DNA of 64,000 nucleotides. Origin: a virus. Positions 55,413-63,861 of this stretch are shown here, piece after piece. The stretch covers positions 1 to 64,000 of IMG/VR virus record IMGVR_UViG_3300037516_001783. One strand, written 5' to 3'. Made by a program: the position numbers and the translations under genes. Under the pieces are notes generated by a model. That model ran no database searches and had not been told where the DNA came from. It saw nothing but the letters and a program-made list of their open reading frames with translations. Within the stretch, counting starts at the first letter, position 1. The number at the start of each line of letters is the position of its first letter.

Positions 55413-56975
55413 TTATTTACTCAATCTACCAAGAGCAGTTCGTTTTACTCCGTTGAACTCTTTATGTTCTTTAATTTCAAAAGTAGCTTTTATAACACTA
55501 CCAACTTTCACTTCTTCAGAATCACTGAATTTAGGATTAACAGTACCGAATTTTGTGAAATTATTACCTTCTTCATCAACAAATGAAAATAGAGTCCAAG
55601 TACCGAATTGTCCATTCCCAGTTTTGATATCTGTGACAGTTAAGGTTAATTTTTCTTTCTGACCAACAGTACCTACAAATTTTGTTTCTGGTGTAGATTT
55701 GAACTTCAAGAACGAAGCATATCCAGCAGATAAAACAGATAAATCTTTGTTCATTATCATTTTCTGGTTAGCAACTTTTTGAAGTTTATAATTGAAATCT
55801 TCAACGGTTCCAGAAACTTGAATTTCTTTAGTTTTGAAAGTACAAGTTACAGCACCACCAGCAAACTGTTTATCAAATTTACAACATTCAGTTATAGTGA
55901 TAGAATTATGACCAACGTAAAAACCAGAAACTGTTAGTGTACGAATACTCCCTCCGTAATTTCTTTGAATATCTTGTAATGAAGAATCAAAACCATTATG
56001 ATATTCAACTTTTTCAAAAACACCGTCTTGAATGTATTGCTTAATTTCTGCTAACCAATTATCTTGACTTAATTCAACCCTTTCAGTTACAGTTTCTGTA
56101 TAAGAATACGTATTCAACTTCAGGTTGTTAACATACTCAATGAATTCAGAAAAATCAACTTGTTTATAATCTTCAGAAACTTTCTTCAAAGATTGGTACA
56201 ACTTGTTAATTGTAGCAGTTTCTTTATTAAGTTGCATGCTTAAATCATTCTCATATTGAATATCACCATTATGGTCATAAACATAAGCACCTCTGTAATT
56301 TGTAACAGGTTTTTGAGCGAACTTTTGTTTTTCATAACCAAATTCAGAAACTTCTGGTATAAGAACAGACATCACCTTTTCCATTTCAATGCCACTGTAT
56401 TTGTTCAACCAAGACCTATCTCTACCTGACCTTCTACTATAATCATCCCAATCCTCACCATCACCGTTGAAGTTAAAAACAAGGACTTCTGTGAACATTA
56501 CTTGTAAGTTGGTGATATTAGTCTCTGACATTCCTAAAAATTCCTTAGAGCATGTAGAACCAACCTGTTTGAATGTAGTACCGTTTTTAACAATAAATGA
56601 TTTCCTACGAGCATTATGATTTCCTCCACAGTGGTCACATTTATTGTAATCTAAACCTAACTCTACAGGAGGAACTGTATTCACATCTATAGGTAAAACT
56701 ATTTGGTCTTGAAATAAAACAACTGAAACTAAATCCCAACCATTCAATTTATAAGAACTGTCAATGTCTAAAATAACATCAACAACTTCTAACATTACAA
56801 TTCTGGTATATTTCTCACCCTCACAATCCTCGTAAATAGTTTTTTCTCTGTTGTATGTATCACCATATTTAAAAGTAGGCTTCTCCAAACCCATTTTACC
56901 AACTTTCTTAGCAAAAAGATTGAATTTAGTTTCGAAGTTATGTTTAGAACAAGTTTCTATTTGAATAGTTCTCAT
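55413..56975 (-). CDS. Zn-finger + C-terminal OB-fold-like protein (conserved phage hypothetical)
   Basis: CDHC....R ... QVGSTC...FLG; FVG.VG.K....LTV...G.FG......D.EGN.F ... K.H.EF.G.K.T.L.R. Confidence 0.6.
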   Translation of the reverse strand: MRTIQIETCSKHNFETKFNLFAKKVGKMGLEKPTFKYGDTYNREKTIYEDCEGEKYTRIVMLEVVDVILDIDSSYKLNGWDLVSVVLFQDQIVLPIDVNTVPPVELGLDYNKCDHCGGNHNARRKSFIVKNGTTFKQVGSTCSKEFLGMSETNITNLQVMFTEVLVFNFNGDGEDWDDYSRRSGRDRSWLNKYSGIEMEKVMSVLIPEVSEFGYEKQKFAQKPVTNYRGAYVYDHNGDIQYENDLSMQLNKETATINKLYQSLKKVSEDYKQVDFSEFIEYVNNLKLNTYSYTETVTERVELSQDNWLAEIKQYIQDGVFEKVEYHNGFDSSLQDIQRNYGGSIRTLTVSGFYVGHNSITITECCKFDKQFAGGAVTCTFKTKEIQVSGTVEDFNYKLQKVANQKMIMNKDLSVLSAGYASFLKFKSTPETKFVGTVGQKEKLTLTVTDIKTGNGQFGTWTLFSFVDEEGNNFTKFGTVNPKFSDSEEVKVGSVIKATFEIKEHKEFNGVKRTALGRLSK

Positions 56976-57016
56976 GATTAAATAATTAAATGTTCAAGCT
57001 TCATTGCTTAACATTA

Positions 57017-57024
57017 CAAAGGTA
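57017..57024 (-). promoter_or_regulatory. Bacteroidota-type -7 element TACCTTTG
   Basis: TAnnTTTG match 42 nt before ATG 56975, just after a hairpin. Confidence 0.6.
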
Positions 57025-57044
57025 GTAATAAAAAAATTAAAAAG

Positions 57045-57075
57045 AAAACAGTCTTTAAAAGGAAAAGACTGTTTT
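57045..57075 (-). terminator. Intrinsic terminator
   Basis: AAAACAGTCTTT ... AAAGACTGTTTT inverted repeat. Confidence 0.6.
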
Positions 57076-57085
57076 GATTAAAATG

Positions 57086-57292
57086 TTATGCAGAACCATA
57101 ACGAAAACTTATCCAACATTCACTACCAGAGTTCCAGTGAAAACCAAGTTCATTTAATTTAACTTTGTCTTCTTCTGAAACCTCTTCTTCTGTAATACCC
57201 ATAATCATAAGTTCATCATGTTCACAATGAGTTGGGTAATCTTCATTTTTGTACTTTAAGAAGATTTGTAAAGCTTCGATTAATTTTTCCAT
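57086..57292 (-). CDS. Small hypothetical protein
   Basis: ALQIFLKY..PTHCEHD..L.ELGF..SFRYGSA, a small phage protein pattern. Confidence 0.6.
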   Translation of the reverse strand: MEKLIEALQIFLKYKNEDYPTHCEHDELMIMGITEEEVSEEDKVKLNELGFHWNSGSECWISFRYGSA

Positions 57293-57295
57293 AAC

Positions 57296-57601
57296 TTAAT
57301 TTTCAAAAGATTCTGGTTTGATTATCACAATGTATTTTGGATTTAAACATGCTAACTCTTTATGATAAACAACAATTTCATCCTTAAAATGATTCGGATT
57401 TACTATGATACCATGTATATGGGTTATGTTTGAAATTACTGTTGTTGTGATATTATTTACACTATTTAAATATTGACGAACTTCATCTTCAATGAATTCT
57501 TTTAAACGTGGAGAATAACAAATCATTAAATCTTTGTCTGCACAACCCTTGCTATTCAACATTAAAATAGCTTCTTTTATTTTGTCATTTACTTTCATCA
57601 A
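57296..57601 (-). CDS. Hypothetical protein
   Basis: ORF track. Confidence 0.5.
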   Translation of the reverse strand: MMKVNDKIKEAILMLNSKGCADKDLMICYSPRLKEFIEDEVRQYLNSVNNITTTVISNITHIHGIIVNPNHFKDEIVVYHKELACLNPKYIVIIKPESFEN

Positions 57602-57869
57602 CTTTTTTCTTTAAAGTGTTATTTGGTGGGACTTTCCCATCCTTAATGAATCTCAAGTCAACTGCTTTTGCCGCTTCTTTTTCACCTTCATTACCTACAA
57701 CTGATTCTGGGAATAACCTTACAAATTGATAATTTGGGATTCTAGCTTTCCAAATTATCTCACCTGTTCTTATATCTTGGTATTTGTAGACATATTTGTA
57801 CTTTTTAGACTTCGCTATTTTCTCAAGTTGAGTTTTTATCGTACCTATGTTATGAGTTGGTCTAATCAT
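57585..57869 (-). CDS. AP2-like DNA-binding domain protein
   Basis: KYKYVY.......WKARI......F......EKEAAKAVD. Confidence 0.55.
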   Translation of the reverse strand: MIRPTHNIGTIKTQLEKIAKSKKYKYVYKYQDIRTGEIIWKARIPNYQFVRLFPESVVGNEGEKEAAKAVDLRFIKDGKVPPNNTLKKKVDESK

Positions 57870-58324
57870 CTCTTCTTTTTCTTCAATTCTCTTTGCATTT
57901 TCCTTCTAACTGCTCTACCAGAAAGGTAATGCTGAGAACCATCTGGTTTGGTAACTATATGGTCTTCATAAGATAATAAAGGTCTGTCGTAAAATGATTT
58001 GTTAAAAATATCTGGAACAGGTTCAATCTTAAACTTACTCAATACAGGCTCTTGTAACTCAGAAATTTTTGGGTCGTAAGGTATTAATTCAAAATCCTTT
58101 TCAAGTGCTGTGTGGATTTGTGCCATACCTGAACCTGCAATACCACAACCTACAATGTAAAGTGCTTTTTTCTTGGGTCCTTCAAACAACTTAACATCTT
58201 TAGCAGTAATTTCTTTTTCAACATTATCTGTAGTGTCTAAAACTTTGATAACAGATTCTCCATTTTCAATCTCATCTCTCAACTTTTGAAAGTGATTTTC
58301 CCATTTATCCTCTTGGTGTGGCAT
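57866..58324 (-). CDS. Hypothetical protein
   Basis: ORF track; ends in basic SGRAVRRKMQR. Confidence 0.5.
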   Translation of the reverse strand: MPHQEDKWENHFQKLRDEIENGESVIKVLDTTDNVEKEITAKDVKLFEGPKKKALYIVGCGIAGSGMAQIHTALEKDFELIPYDPKISELQEPVLSKFKIEPVPDIFNKSFYDRPLLSYEDHIVTKPDGSQHYLSGRAVRRKMQRELKKKKR

Positions 58325-58670
58325 TTTGAATTATGTTGTGAAGTTCTAATTTTAGATTGGCAATTTTCACATCTGCTTCCAGTAACTTACCTTCCAATTC
58401 AGATAATTGTCTCCTCAAAGATATTTCTTCATCTGTTGGTTTTACTGTCTCTTCATTTGTATTTATCAAACCTTCCTCTTTAATAAAATCATTGTAGTCC
58501 TTTAAAATTGATACATTTGACCGATGGTCATATTCACCATTTTTTGTAAATGTGATAAAACATTTAGGTTCCTCACATACTGACAGAGTAAGAGGATAAT
58601 CAGTGCCATGATTTTTGTTGTTTTCTAGAACTCCTACAATTACTACTTTTTGACCTAATTTGAATTCCAT
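58305..58670 (-). CDS. Hypothetical protein
   Basis: ORF track; FKLGQKV N-terminus and C-terminal coiled coil. Confidence 0.5.
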   Translation of the reverse strand: MEFKLGQKVVIVGVLENNKNHGTDYPLTLSVCEEPKCFITFTKNGEYDHRSNVSILKDYNDFIKEEGLINTNEETVKPTDEEISLRRQLSELEGKLLEADVKIANLKLELHNIIQNATPRG

Positions 58671-58690
58671 GATTTCTCTAATTTATTTTG

Positions 58691-58933
58691 TTAAATTGTT
58701 AAATTGTTAATTAATAGTTTTAATTCATCAATTGACGAAATTAAATGTCCCCAAGGATGAGTATCAGCATGCCATTTTTTACTTGACAATCCCATAAAAG
58801 TATCAGGAATTGGATAGAAATATTGAGGGATAACTGATTTTATGATTTTATAAATTTGTTGTTGATTTTCTTCAGTAACATTTATACACCAATCAGTTGT
58901 TAATTGTCCATCTCTAATGACTTCTTTTTCCAC
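58691..58933 (-). CDS. Hypothetical protein
   Basis: ORF track. Confidence 0.5.
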   Translation of the reverse strand: MEKEVIRDGQLTTDWCINVTEENQQQIYKIIKSVIPQYFYPIPDTFMGLSSKKWHADTHPWGHLISSIDELKLLINNLTI

Positions 58934-59244
58934 GATTCCTCTAATTTATTTTGTCCATTCCAGCTTACTAATTTTTCATCCTCTGTGAGGTCAACCATTT
59001 CAAAATAACCTAACTCTTGAACGAGGATTAACTTTTCATTTAAATCCTTAAAAGCTTCAAAAAATTTACTACAACAAATATCCTCACCTTGAATTGAAGC
59101 TTTATGGCATGTGAAGTGTGTAGGATATGAATTGTCTTTTGGGTTGTTACAATTTTCAATAATCTCTTTTGCTCTTTCTACAGATACAATTCTGTCTTTG
59201 GTTAGTAAGCAATTTTTACAAGGTTTATTGTAGACTTTTAACAT
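58900..59244 (-). CDS. Cys/His-rich hypothetical protein (possible metal-binding)
   Basis: PCKNC ... HFTCHK ... CC. Confidence 0.55.
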   Translation of the reverse strand: MLKVYNKPCKNCLLTKDRIVSVERAKEIIENCNNPKDNSYPTHFTCHKASIQGEDICCSKFFEAFKDLNEKLILVQELGYFEMVDLTEDEKLVSWNGQNKLEESWKKKSLEMDN

Positions 59245-59392
59245 GATTGATTAAAATTGTTAAGCAACAACATCAACGCTGTTTTGTTTTATAGATTGAA
59301 GTGCTTCTAAAATGTTTTTAACAACAATTTCTTTCTGAGATAACCAATCTTCGAGTTGTTTTATAGTAGGAACAGCAACTAAAGAAGTTAAT

Positions 59393-59689
59393 CTACCACC
59401 TTGCTCTATATAAACCAACACTCACTTCAATATGTTCAGCAGTTCTCTCTTCTTTGATTTTGAACTTCTCAAGTTCCTCCATAGCCTTTTCAATAAAAGA
59501 AACCTTATCTTCAACAGTTCCGTCAATATTTAACAGAATATCATGAACTAAATTCAAACTCCTTAATGAATGTGCTTTAGCTAAATCTAAATCTTCTTTG
59601 TTTCTGAATACTCCAAAACCATGTTCTTGTAACAAGAAATTTGCTAAAGTTATAGGGGCTAAATCTTTGATGTTTTTGTTATCACTCAT
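59393..59689 (-). CDS. Hypothetical protein (possibly frameshifted into 59260-59421)
   Basis: ORF track; a +1-frame continuation is visible. Confidence 0.45.
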   Translation of the reverse strand: MSDNKNIKDLAPITLANFLLQEHGFGVFRNKEDLDLAKAHSLRSLNLVHDILLNIDGTVEDKVSFIEKAMEELEKFKIKEERTAEHIEVSVGLYRARW

Positions 59690-59761
59690 TAGAATTTTGT
59701 TTTAGTGAAGTAATTTAACAATTTAGAAAACCATGTTTGCTTGGGTCTATGCACTAATGGT

Positions 59762-59974
59762 TTACTCTTCATCTGCGTTTTCTAAGTATGCACAACTTTG
59801 TGATTCTTGTGCTCTTATTTTGAAAAGAACATTACCTTCTTTGTCAACCACAATACAGTAATTACAATCAGCTTTGTTTATGAACAACCTTAAACCTCTA
59901 ACTTCTTTAACAAGTTCAAAGGACATATCTTTGTACCTTATTTCTGTTGAAATCTTATCCATTTTATTTAACAA
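59762..59974 (-). CDS. Hypothetical protein
   Basis: ORF track. Confidence 0.45.
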   Translation of the reverse strand: MLNKMDKISTEIRYKDMSFELVKEVRGLRLFINKADCNYCIVVDKEGNVLFKIRAQESQSCAYLENADEE

Positions 59975-60134
59975 CTAAAATTAACATTTCATTTATATTA
60001 GTATCAAGCAAACACTTTTCAACTTTATATTCAAAACCGTAATGTAATACAACATCACCTTTAGACATTGTTATAGGGAAATCATATTCTGCTAAAATCT
60101 CCCAACCTTTCATTAAAATTACTTTTGTTTTCAT
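59964..60134 (-). CDS. Small hypothetical protein (56 aa)
   Basis: Hand translation MKTKVILMKGWEILAEYDFPITMSKGDVV...; fills the gap between genes. Confidence 0.5.
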   Translation of the reverse strand: MKTKVILMKGWEILAEYDFPITMSKGDVVLHYGFEYKVEKCLLDTNINEMLILVVK

Positions 60135-60141
60135 AAAGTAT

Positions 60142-60594
60142 TTACATTTTATGACCTGATTTCATTAACAATACAGTAAAAGTTTTAACATTGTTTTGAT
60201 TTGACATACTTCTAAAAACCCTTTCTATGTTGTATTCTGTAATGAATTTGTAAAACCTTTCTTGTACTTTTATAACTTTAGAAGATAAAACATGAGGAAC
60301 ATTTTCCATGAGTGCTTTTAAGTAGTAAAAATCATCCTCATCTAAAACTAATACTGTGTAACAAGGCTTTATTGCTTTACGTAAATGTGACAAATCAAGT
60401 GGGACATCCATAATCACTTTGTTTTTAGAAGTTAAATCCAAATCAACAGTTGGTGTTGAAGGGTTTTCTCCTGTAATTAATTTGCCATGTGGGTCTCTAC
60501 CATGAATCCTTTTGTCAACATAACCAGAATTCATATTCATTTGGCTTTTTACAGTAATTTCTTCCTTATATTCCCAAGGTCTTTTATTTTCCAT
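60142..60594 (-). CDS. Hypothetical protein
   Basis: ORF track. Confidence 0.5.
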   Translation of the reverse strand: MENKRPWEYKEEITVKSQMNMNSGYVDKRIHGRDPHGKLITGENPSTPTVDLDLTSKNKVIMDVPLDLSHLRKAIKPCYTVLVLDEDDFYYLKALMENVPHVLSSKVIKVQERFYKFITEYNIERVFRSMSNQNNVKTFTVLLMKSGHKM

Positions 60595-60605
60595 ATCGTT
60601 AAAAA

Positions 60606-61178
60606 TTAATCGTCCGAACCTCCACTATCACTTGAACCTCCACCGTCATAACTTGAACCAGAATCGCTGGGAGAGTAATCATTATCAGAACTTGAATCGT
60701 TATTCCATATAGAAAAAGGACTCATTGGGTTTAACGGATTGCATGGGTCAAGTATATCATCACCACTTTGATTACCATTGGTTGCAGGACGAGAATAAGT
60801 TCTTGATTCTTGTTCCCACTTTTTAAGGTTTCTAACACGAGTTGATTCTTCCCTTTGTTTTTGCCATGCCTGACCTTCTTTTGTTCTTAGGAATTGTTCG
60901 TGTTCCCTATCCTTCTCAATTCTTTGTTTTACTTCAAAGTGTCTTCTGATTTTATCACTCCTCAAATCCTGTTTCTCTTTTGTAGTTGGTATTCTTCCAT
61001 ACCACCCTACAAACTTATCCTTAGCACTGAAACCTTTTTCACCTGTTATTGTTTCTACATTAAAGTCAGCTGATTTCTCATCTTCATTTGTTTCAGGTCT
61101 GTTTCTGTGATAATCTTTGAACTTGAGAAACAAGCAACCACAGATTATTGTTACGATAATTATTAACAGGATTTCCAT
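60606..61178 (-). CDS. Membrane-anchored protein with an S/G/D-rich low-complexity tail
   Basis: N-terminal TM; NPLNPMSP; SDSGSSYDGGGSSDSGGSDD. Confidence 0.6.
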   Translation of the reverse strand: MEILLIIIVTIICGCLFLKFKDYHRNRPETNEDEKSADFNVETITGEKGFSAKDKFVGWYGRIPTTKEKQDLRSDKIRRHFEVKQRIEKDREHEQFLRTKEGQAWQKQREESTRVRNLKKWEQESRTYSRPATNGNQSGDDILDPCNPLNPMSPFSIWNNDSSSDNDYSPSDSGSSYDGGGSSDSGGSDD

Positions 61179-61179
61179 A

Positions 61180-61464
61180 TTAACTTAAAATTTGGAATTT
61201 ATCTTTAATTATATCTTCCAAATCAACTTCTTTAGGTATGTTTTGAAAGTTCTTTTTAACATCTTCAGAAATTACTTTTATAACTTCATCTTCTGCTTCG
61301 TTGTTGTTATGGTCTTTATACCAATCGTACTCATTTTCATAATCTTCATCATCTTCCTCCCAATCAGACCACTCTAAAATTTCTTCATCTAACATTCCTG
61401 TTACACGCTCTTCAGGATAATTCTTTTCAATGAATTCAGCAATTGATTTTACAATACTTTCCAT
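61180..61464 (-). CDS. Small, highly acidic hypothetical protein
   Basis: EWSDWEEDDEDYENEYDWY. Confidence 0.55.
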   Translation of the reverse strand: MESIVKSIAEFIEKNYPEERVTGMLDEEILEWSDWEEDDEDYENEYDWYKDHNNNEAEDEVIKVISEDVKKNFQNIPKEVDLEDIIKDKFQILS

Positions 61465-61724
61465 TACACTTCTTTTAAATTATTTAACAAGAATTTGTAG
61501 AACTTCTTTTCAGCGTTAATTTTTAACCTTGTATAACAAGAATAAGTTTTGATATTTCCATTTCCATCCTTGTAATTGAAGTGAAATTCTTCAGCACCTT
61601 TAGGACATTTCTTGAAGTTTCCTGGAGTGTTAACTTCATGTTCTCCTCTACTTTCTGAAGTTGAAGACATTGCTGTTATCATACCAAACATAGCAGATAA
61701 CATTCCTATTTTCTTTAAAGACAT
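61464..61724 (-). CDS. Hypothetical protein
   Basis: ORF track. Confidence 0.5.
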   Translation of the reverse strand: MSLKKIGMLSAMFGMITAMSSTSESRGEHEVNTPGNFKKCPKGAEEFHFNYKDGNGNIKTYSCYTRLKINAEKKFYKFLLNNLKEV

Positions 61725-62365
61725 AATAATTCAGATTTTTCTATTTCTCTATAATGATGTTCTTTAAAACCGTTTTCATTAAAACCACCATAGGTCAATC
61801 TTAAATCGTTGTCAATAAAAAATGCTGTAGCTTCTGTATTCTTAACACACAATTCTTTTGGGCTGTTACCTACTTGCCAATAACAACCTAAATCTATTAA
61901 CAACCTTTGAATTTTTACATTATCTTCAATATTGTCACCAACCCATATTTTACATCTATGTAAAAGTATTGGATTCTGGTCTAAATACCTTTTGATAGCT
62001 TTTTCTATAAAAACCCTCTCCATGAAGTTACTTGTACGGTGAAGGTGCATTTCACCCATATCTCTTAATTTAACAAGCCTTATATAAGTTTCTCTTGGGA
62101 TAATCTTAAATTTATCTGTAAAGTACCATCCCCAAATAACTTTGATTTGTGTTTTTACTTTAAACCAATACCAAAATCCGACAATACCTACATACAGAAT
62201 TATTGAACCGAATAATATGGCACCAAACAATGATAAACCTATGAATATAGAAGCTTGTAACAACAAATTTTTCCTTCTTAAAGATTTGTCATCAAAGACA
62301 TACATTACTGACATACCGTTCAAAACAAAGTATGTACATAACAACACTAATAAAATAATTTCCAT
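61715..62365 (-). CDS. Membrane protein
   Basis: Two N-terminal TM segments. Confidence 0.55.
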   Translation of the reverse strand: MEIILLVLLCTYFVLNGMSVMYVFDDKSLRRKNLLLQASIFIGLSLFGAILFGSIILYVGIVGFWYWFKVKTQIKVIWGWYFTDKFKIIPRETYIRLVKLRDMGEMHLHRTSNFMERVFIEKAIKRYLDQNPILLHRCKIWVGDNIEDNVKIQRLLIDLGCYWQVGNSPKELCVKNTEATAFFIDNDLRLTYGGFNENGFKEHHYREIEKSELLCL

Positions 62366-62374
62366 TTTTGTTTT

Positions 62375-62734
62375 TTATTTATACCAATCAATATTTAACC
62401 AACCTCCTTCTGTACCGTCAGAATTCCACTGTATAAAGTAAGATTTCATTTTAGGTAACTTTCTGTTTTCATTGTAATAAGAAACAATGAATTCATAATC
62501 ATTTTCTAAGATTTTAACCTTCCTGTAGTTCAACTCTAATTGTGAAACCAAAGGTCTGTAAGAATCTTCACCAATTTCTTCGTAGATTACAAAGTAAACG
62601 TCATTTCCTCTTGGGATATCACCTTCATTCCTTAAAAACAAATCTTTGGTATCTTCATACCTACCAAGTTTTGTAGGTGGTTTTGCTACACAATCTTGTA
62701 ATGTTAAAATATAAACCTTATCCATTTTTAACAC
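62375..62734 (-). CDS. Hypothetical protein
   Basis: ORF track. Confidence 0.5.
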   Translation of the reverse strand: MLKMDKVYILTLQDCVAKPPTKLGRYEDTKDLFLRNEGDIPRGNDVYFVIYEEIGEDSYRPLVSQLELNYRKVKILENDYEFIVSYYNENRKLPKMKSYFIQWNSDGTEGGWLNIDWYK

Positions 62735-63269
62735 CTTTTGATTTGTCTAAAACTTGATTCATTTTCCTTAATGACTGTAGATAACCAGCATAATTCCCCC
62801 AATGAAAACTTCCTGCACTTGCTCTTTCAAATTTCTTAAGGTTTGCTAATTTCACTAAATCAATAGCGTCTTTCATAGCCTTGTTATAAGAAGTAAAAGT
62901 CCCAGACATTTCACAATCACCTGTGAATTCTGACCAACCTAAACTTGTTCCAGAACTAACTTTCATTATTTGCCAAAGGAATCCGGAAGCATTTGTATAA
63001 ACAGAAACAAGGACGTCATATTCCCTCATGATTTTATGATGTTCTTCTGTCAAACGAATTAACTCTTCTACATCATCTTTTAACTTAACAATGTAACTAC
63101 TGCTACCACTTGCTATGTACAAACCGTTTGTTATTGACAAACAATTAACTTGAAATACACTGTCTAAGTGAAAATCGTTGTTTTTAATTTCTTCTGAAAC
63201 TGGAATCAAGCTTAATCCGTCTCCAGTTATTTTAGAAATGAATTCTAAATCCTTACCTTTCCTTACCAT
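62718..63269 (-). CDS. Hypothetical protein
   Basis: ORF track. Confidence 0.5.
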   Translation of the reverse strand: MVRKGKDLEFISKITGDGLSLIPVSEEIKNNDFHLDSVFQVNCLSITNGLYIASGSSSYIVKLKDDVEELIRLTEEHHKIMREYDVLVSVYTNASGFLWQIMKVSSGTSLGWSEFTGDCEMSGTFTSYNKAMKDAIDLVKLANLKKFERASAGSFHWGNYAGYLQSLRKMNQVLDKSKGVKNG

Positions 63270-63640
63270 TTCTTTCTGAATTTTCTAAGCTTTACTTGCA
63301 TTTCTAATAACTCACCTCTTATCTGGTGAGCATCTTCTACATAAACGTCTGAACATTGCATTTTAGCAAGTTCCTCACCGATACATTTAACAAATCTATC
63401 AATCTCTTCCTCTATCTTTATAGAAGACATTGTAGTTGAAACTACCATTTTGATTTTTAGTAATTGAGGTGTAACTCCAGGACTTGAGAAAATAACAATA
63501 TCAGATTGGTTTAATAATCCAAAAGCTTCACTTTTAAGGTCTTTACATTTTACGTTGTGTAAATCGAAACCTTTTTCTTTGTGGTTACAATCGTTGATGT
63601 CTAAAATTAAGACTTTAGGATTGTCTATTTGATTTGCCAT
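63263..63640 (-). CDS. Hypothetical protein
   Basis: Probable ATG at 63640; the annotated GTG start lies inside the tRNA-like element. Confidence 0.5.
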   Translation of the reverse strand: MANQIDNPKVLILDINDCNHKEKGFDLHNVKCKDLKSEAFGLLNQSDIVIFSSPGVTPQLLKIKMVVSTTMSSIKIEEEIDRFVKCIGEELAKMQCSDVYVEDAHQIRGELLEMQVKLRKFRKKW

Positions 63641-63657
63641 ATAATAATTAAATTTTG

Positions 63658-63726
63658 CCACCCCAATAGGTCTCGAACCTACATCTCTCTGCTCAGAGTA
63701 TTCTCACCGAATTAAACTACAGGGTG
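63658..63726 (-). tRNA. tRNA-like element with no anticodon loop (pseudo-tRNA or tRNA mimic)
   Basis: Acceptor CACCCUG/UGGGGUG, UA, D-arm GUUU..GG..GAAU, arm CUCUG-AG-CAGAG, variable AGAU, T-arm GUAGG-UUCGAGA-CCUAU; no encoded CCA. Confidence 0.7.
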
Positions 63727-63861
63727 GTCAATTAAAAGTTTAACAGTTTCCTCGGTTTAGACGTCGTTCCCCTCCCACTGTATTTGTTCTACTTGTGACT
63801 TTCCCAACCCTTAGGGAATTCACTTTCTTTCAGTTAATTACTCTGAAGATTTCAAATCAAA

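Noticed and set aside
58120-58170. Rossmann-like IVGCGIAG motif in the 152-aa protein
   Set aside because: Only a short fragment with no supporting dinucleotide-binding domain; not enough to call an oxidoreductase.
2739-62441. Many plus-strand ORFs of 60-205 aa in the ORF track
   Set aside because: They are antisense shadows of long minus-strand genes, S/L/F-rich with no motifs. Only 1212..1676 is a credible plus-strand gene.
63727-63861. Theta/HDV-like or hammerhead ribozyme next to the tRNA-like element
   Set aside because: It lies 5' rather than 3' of the tRNA, and I could not build the double pseudoknot or find CUGAUGA. Kept only as an unassigned structured region.
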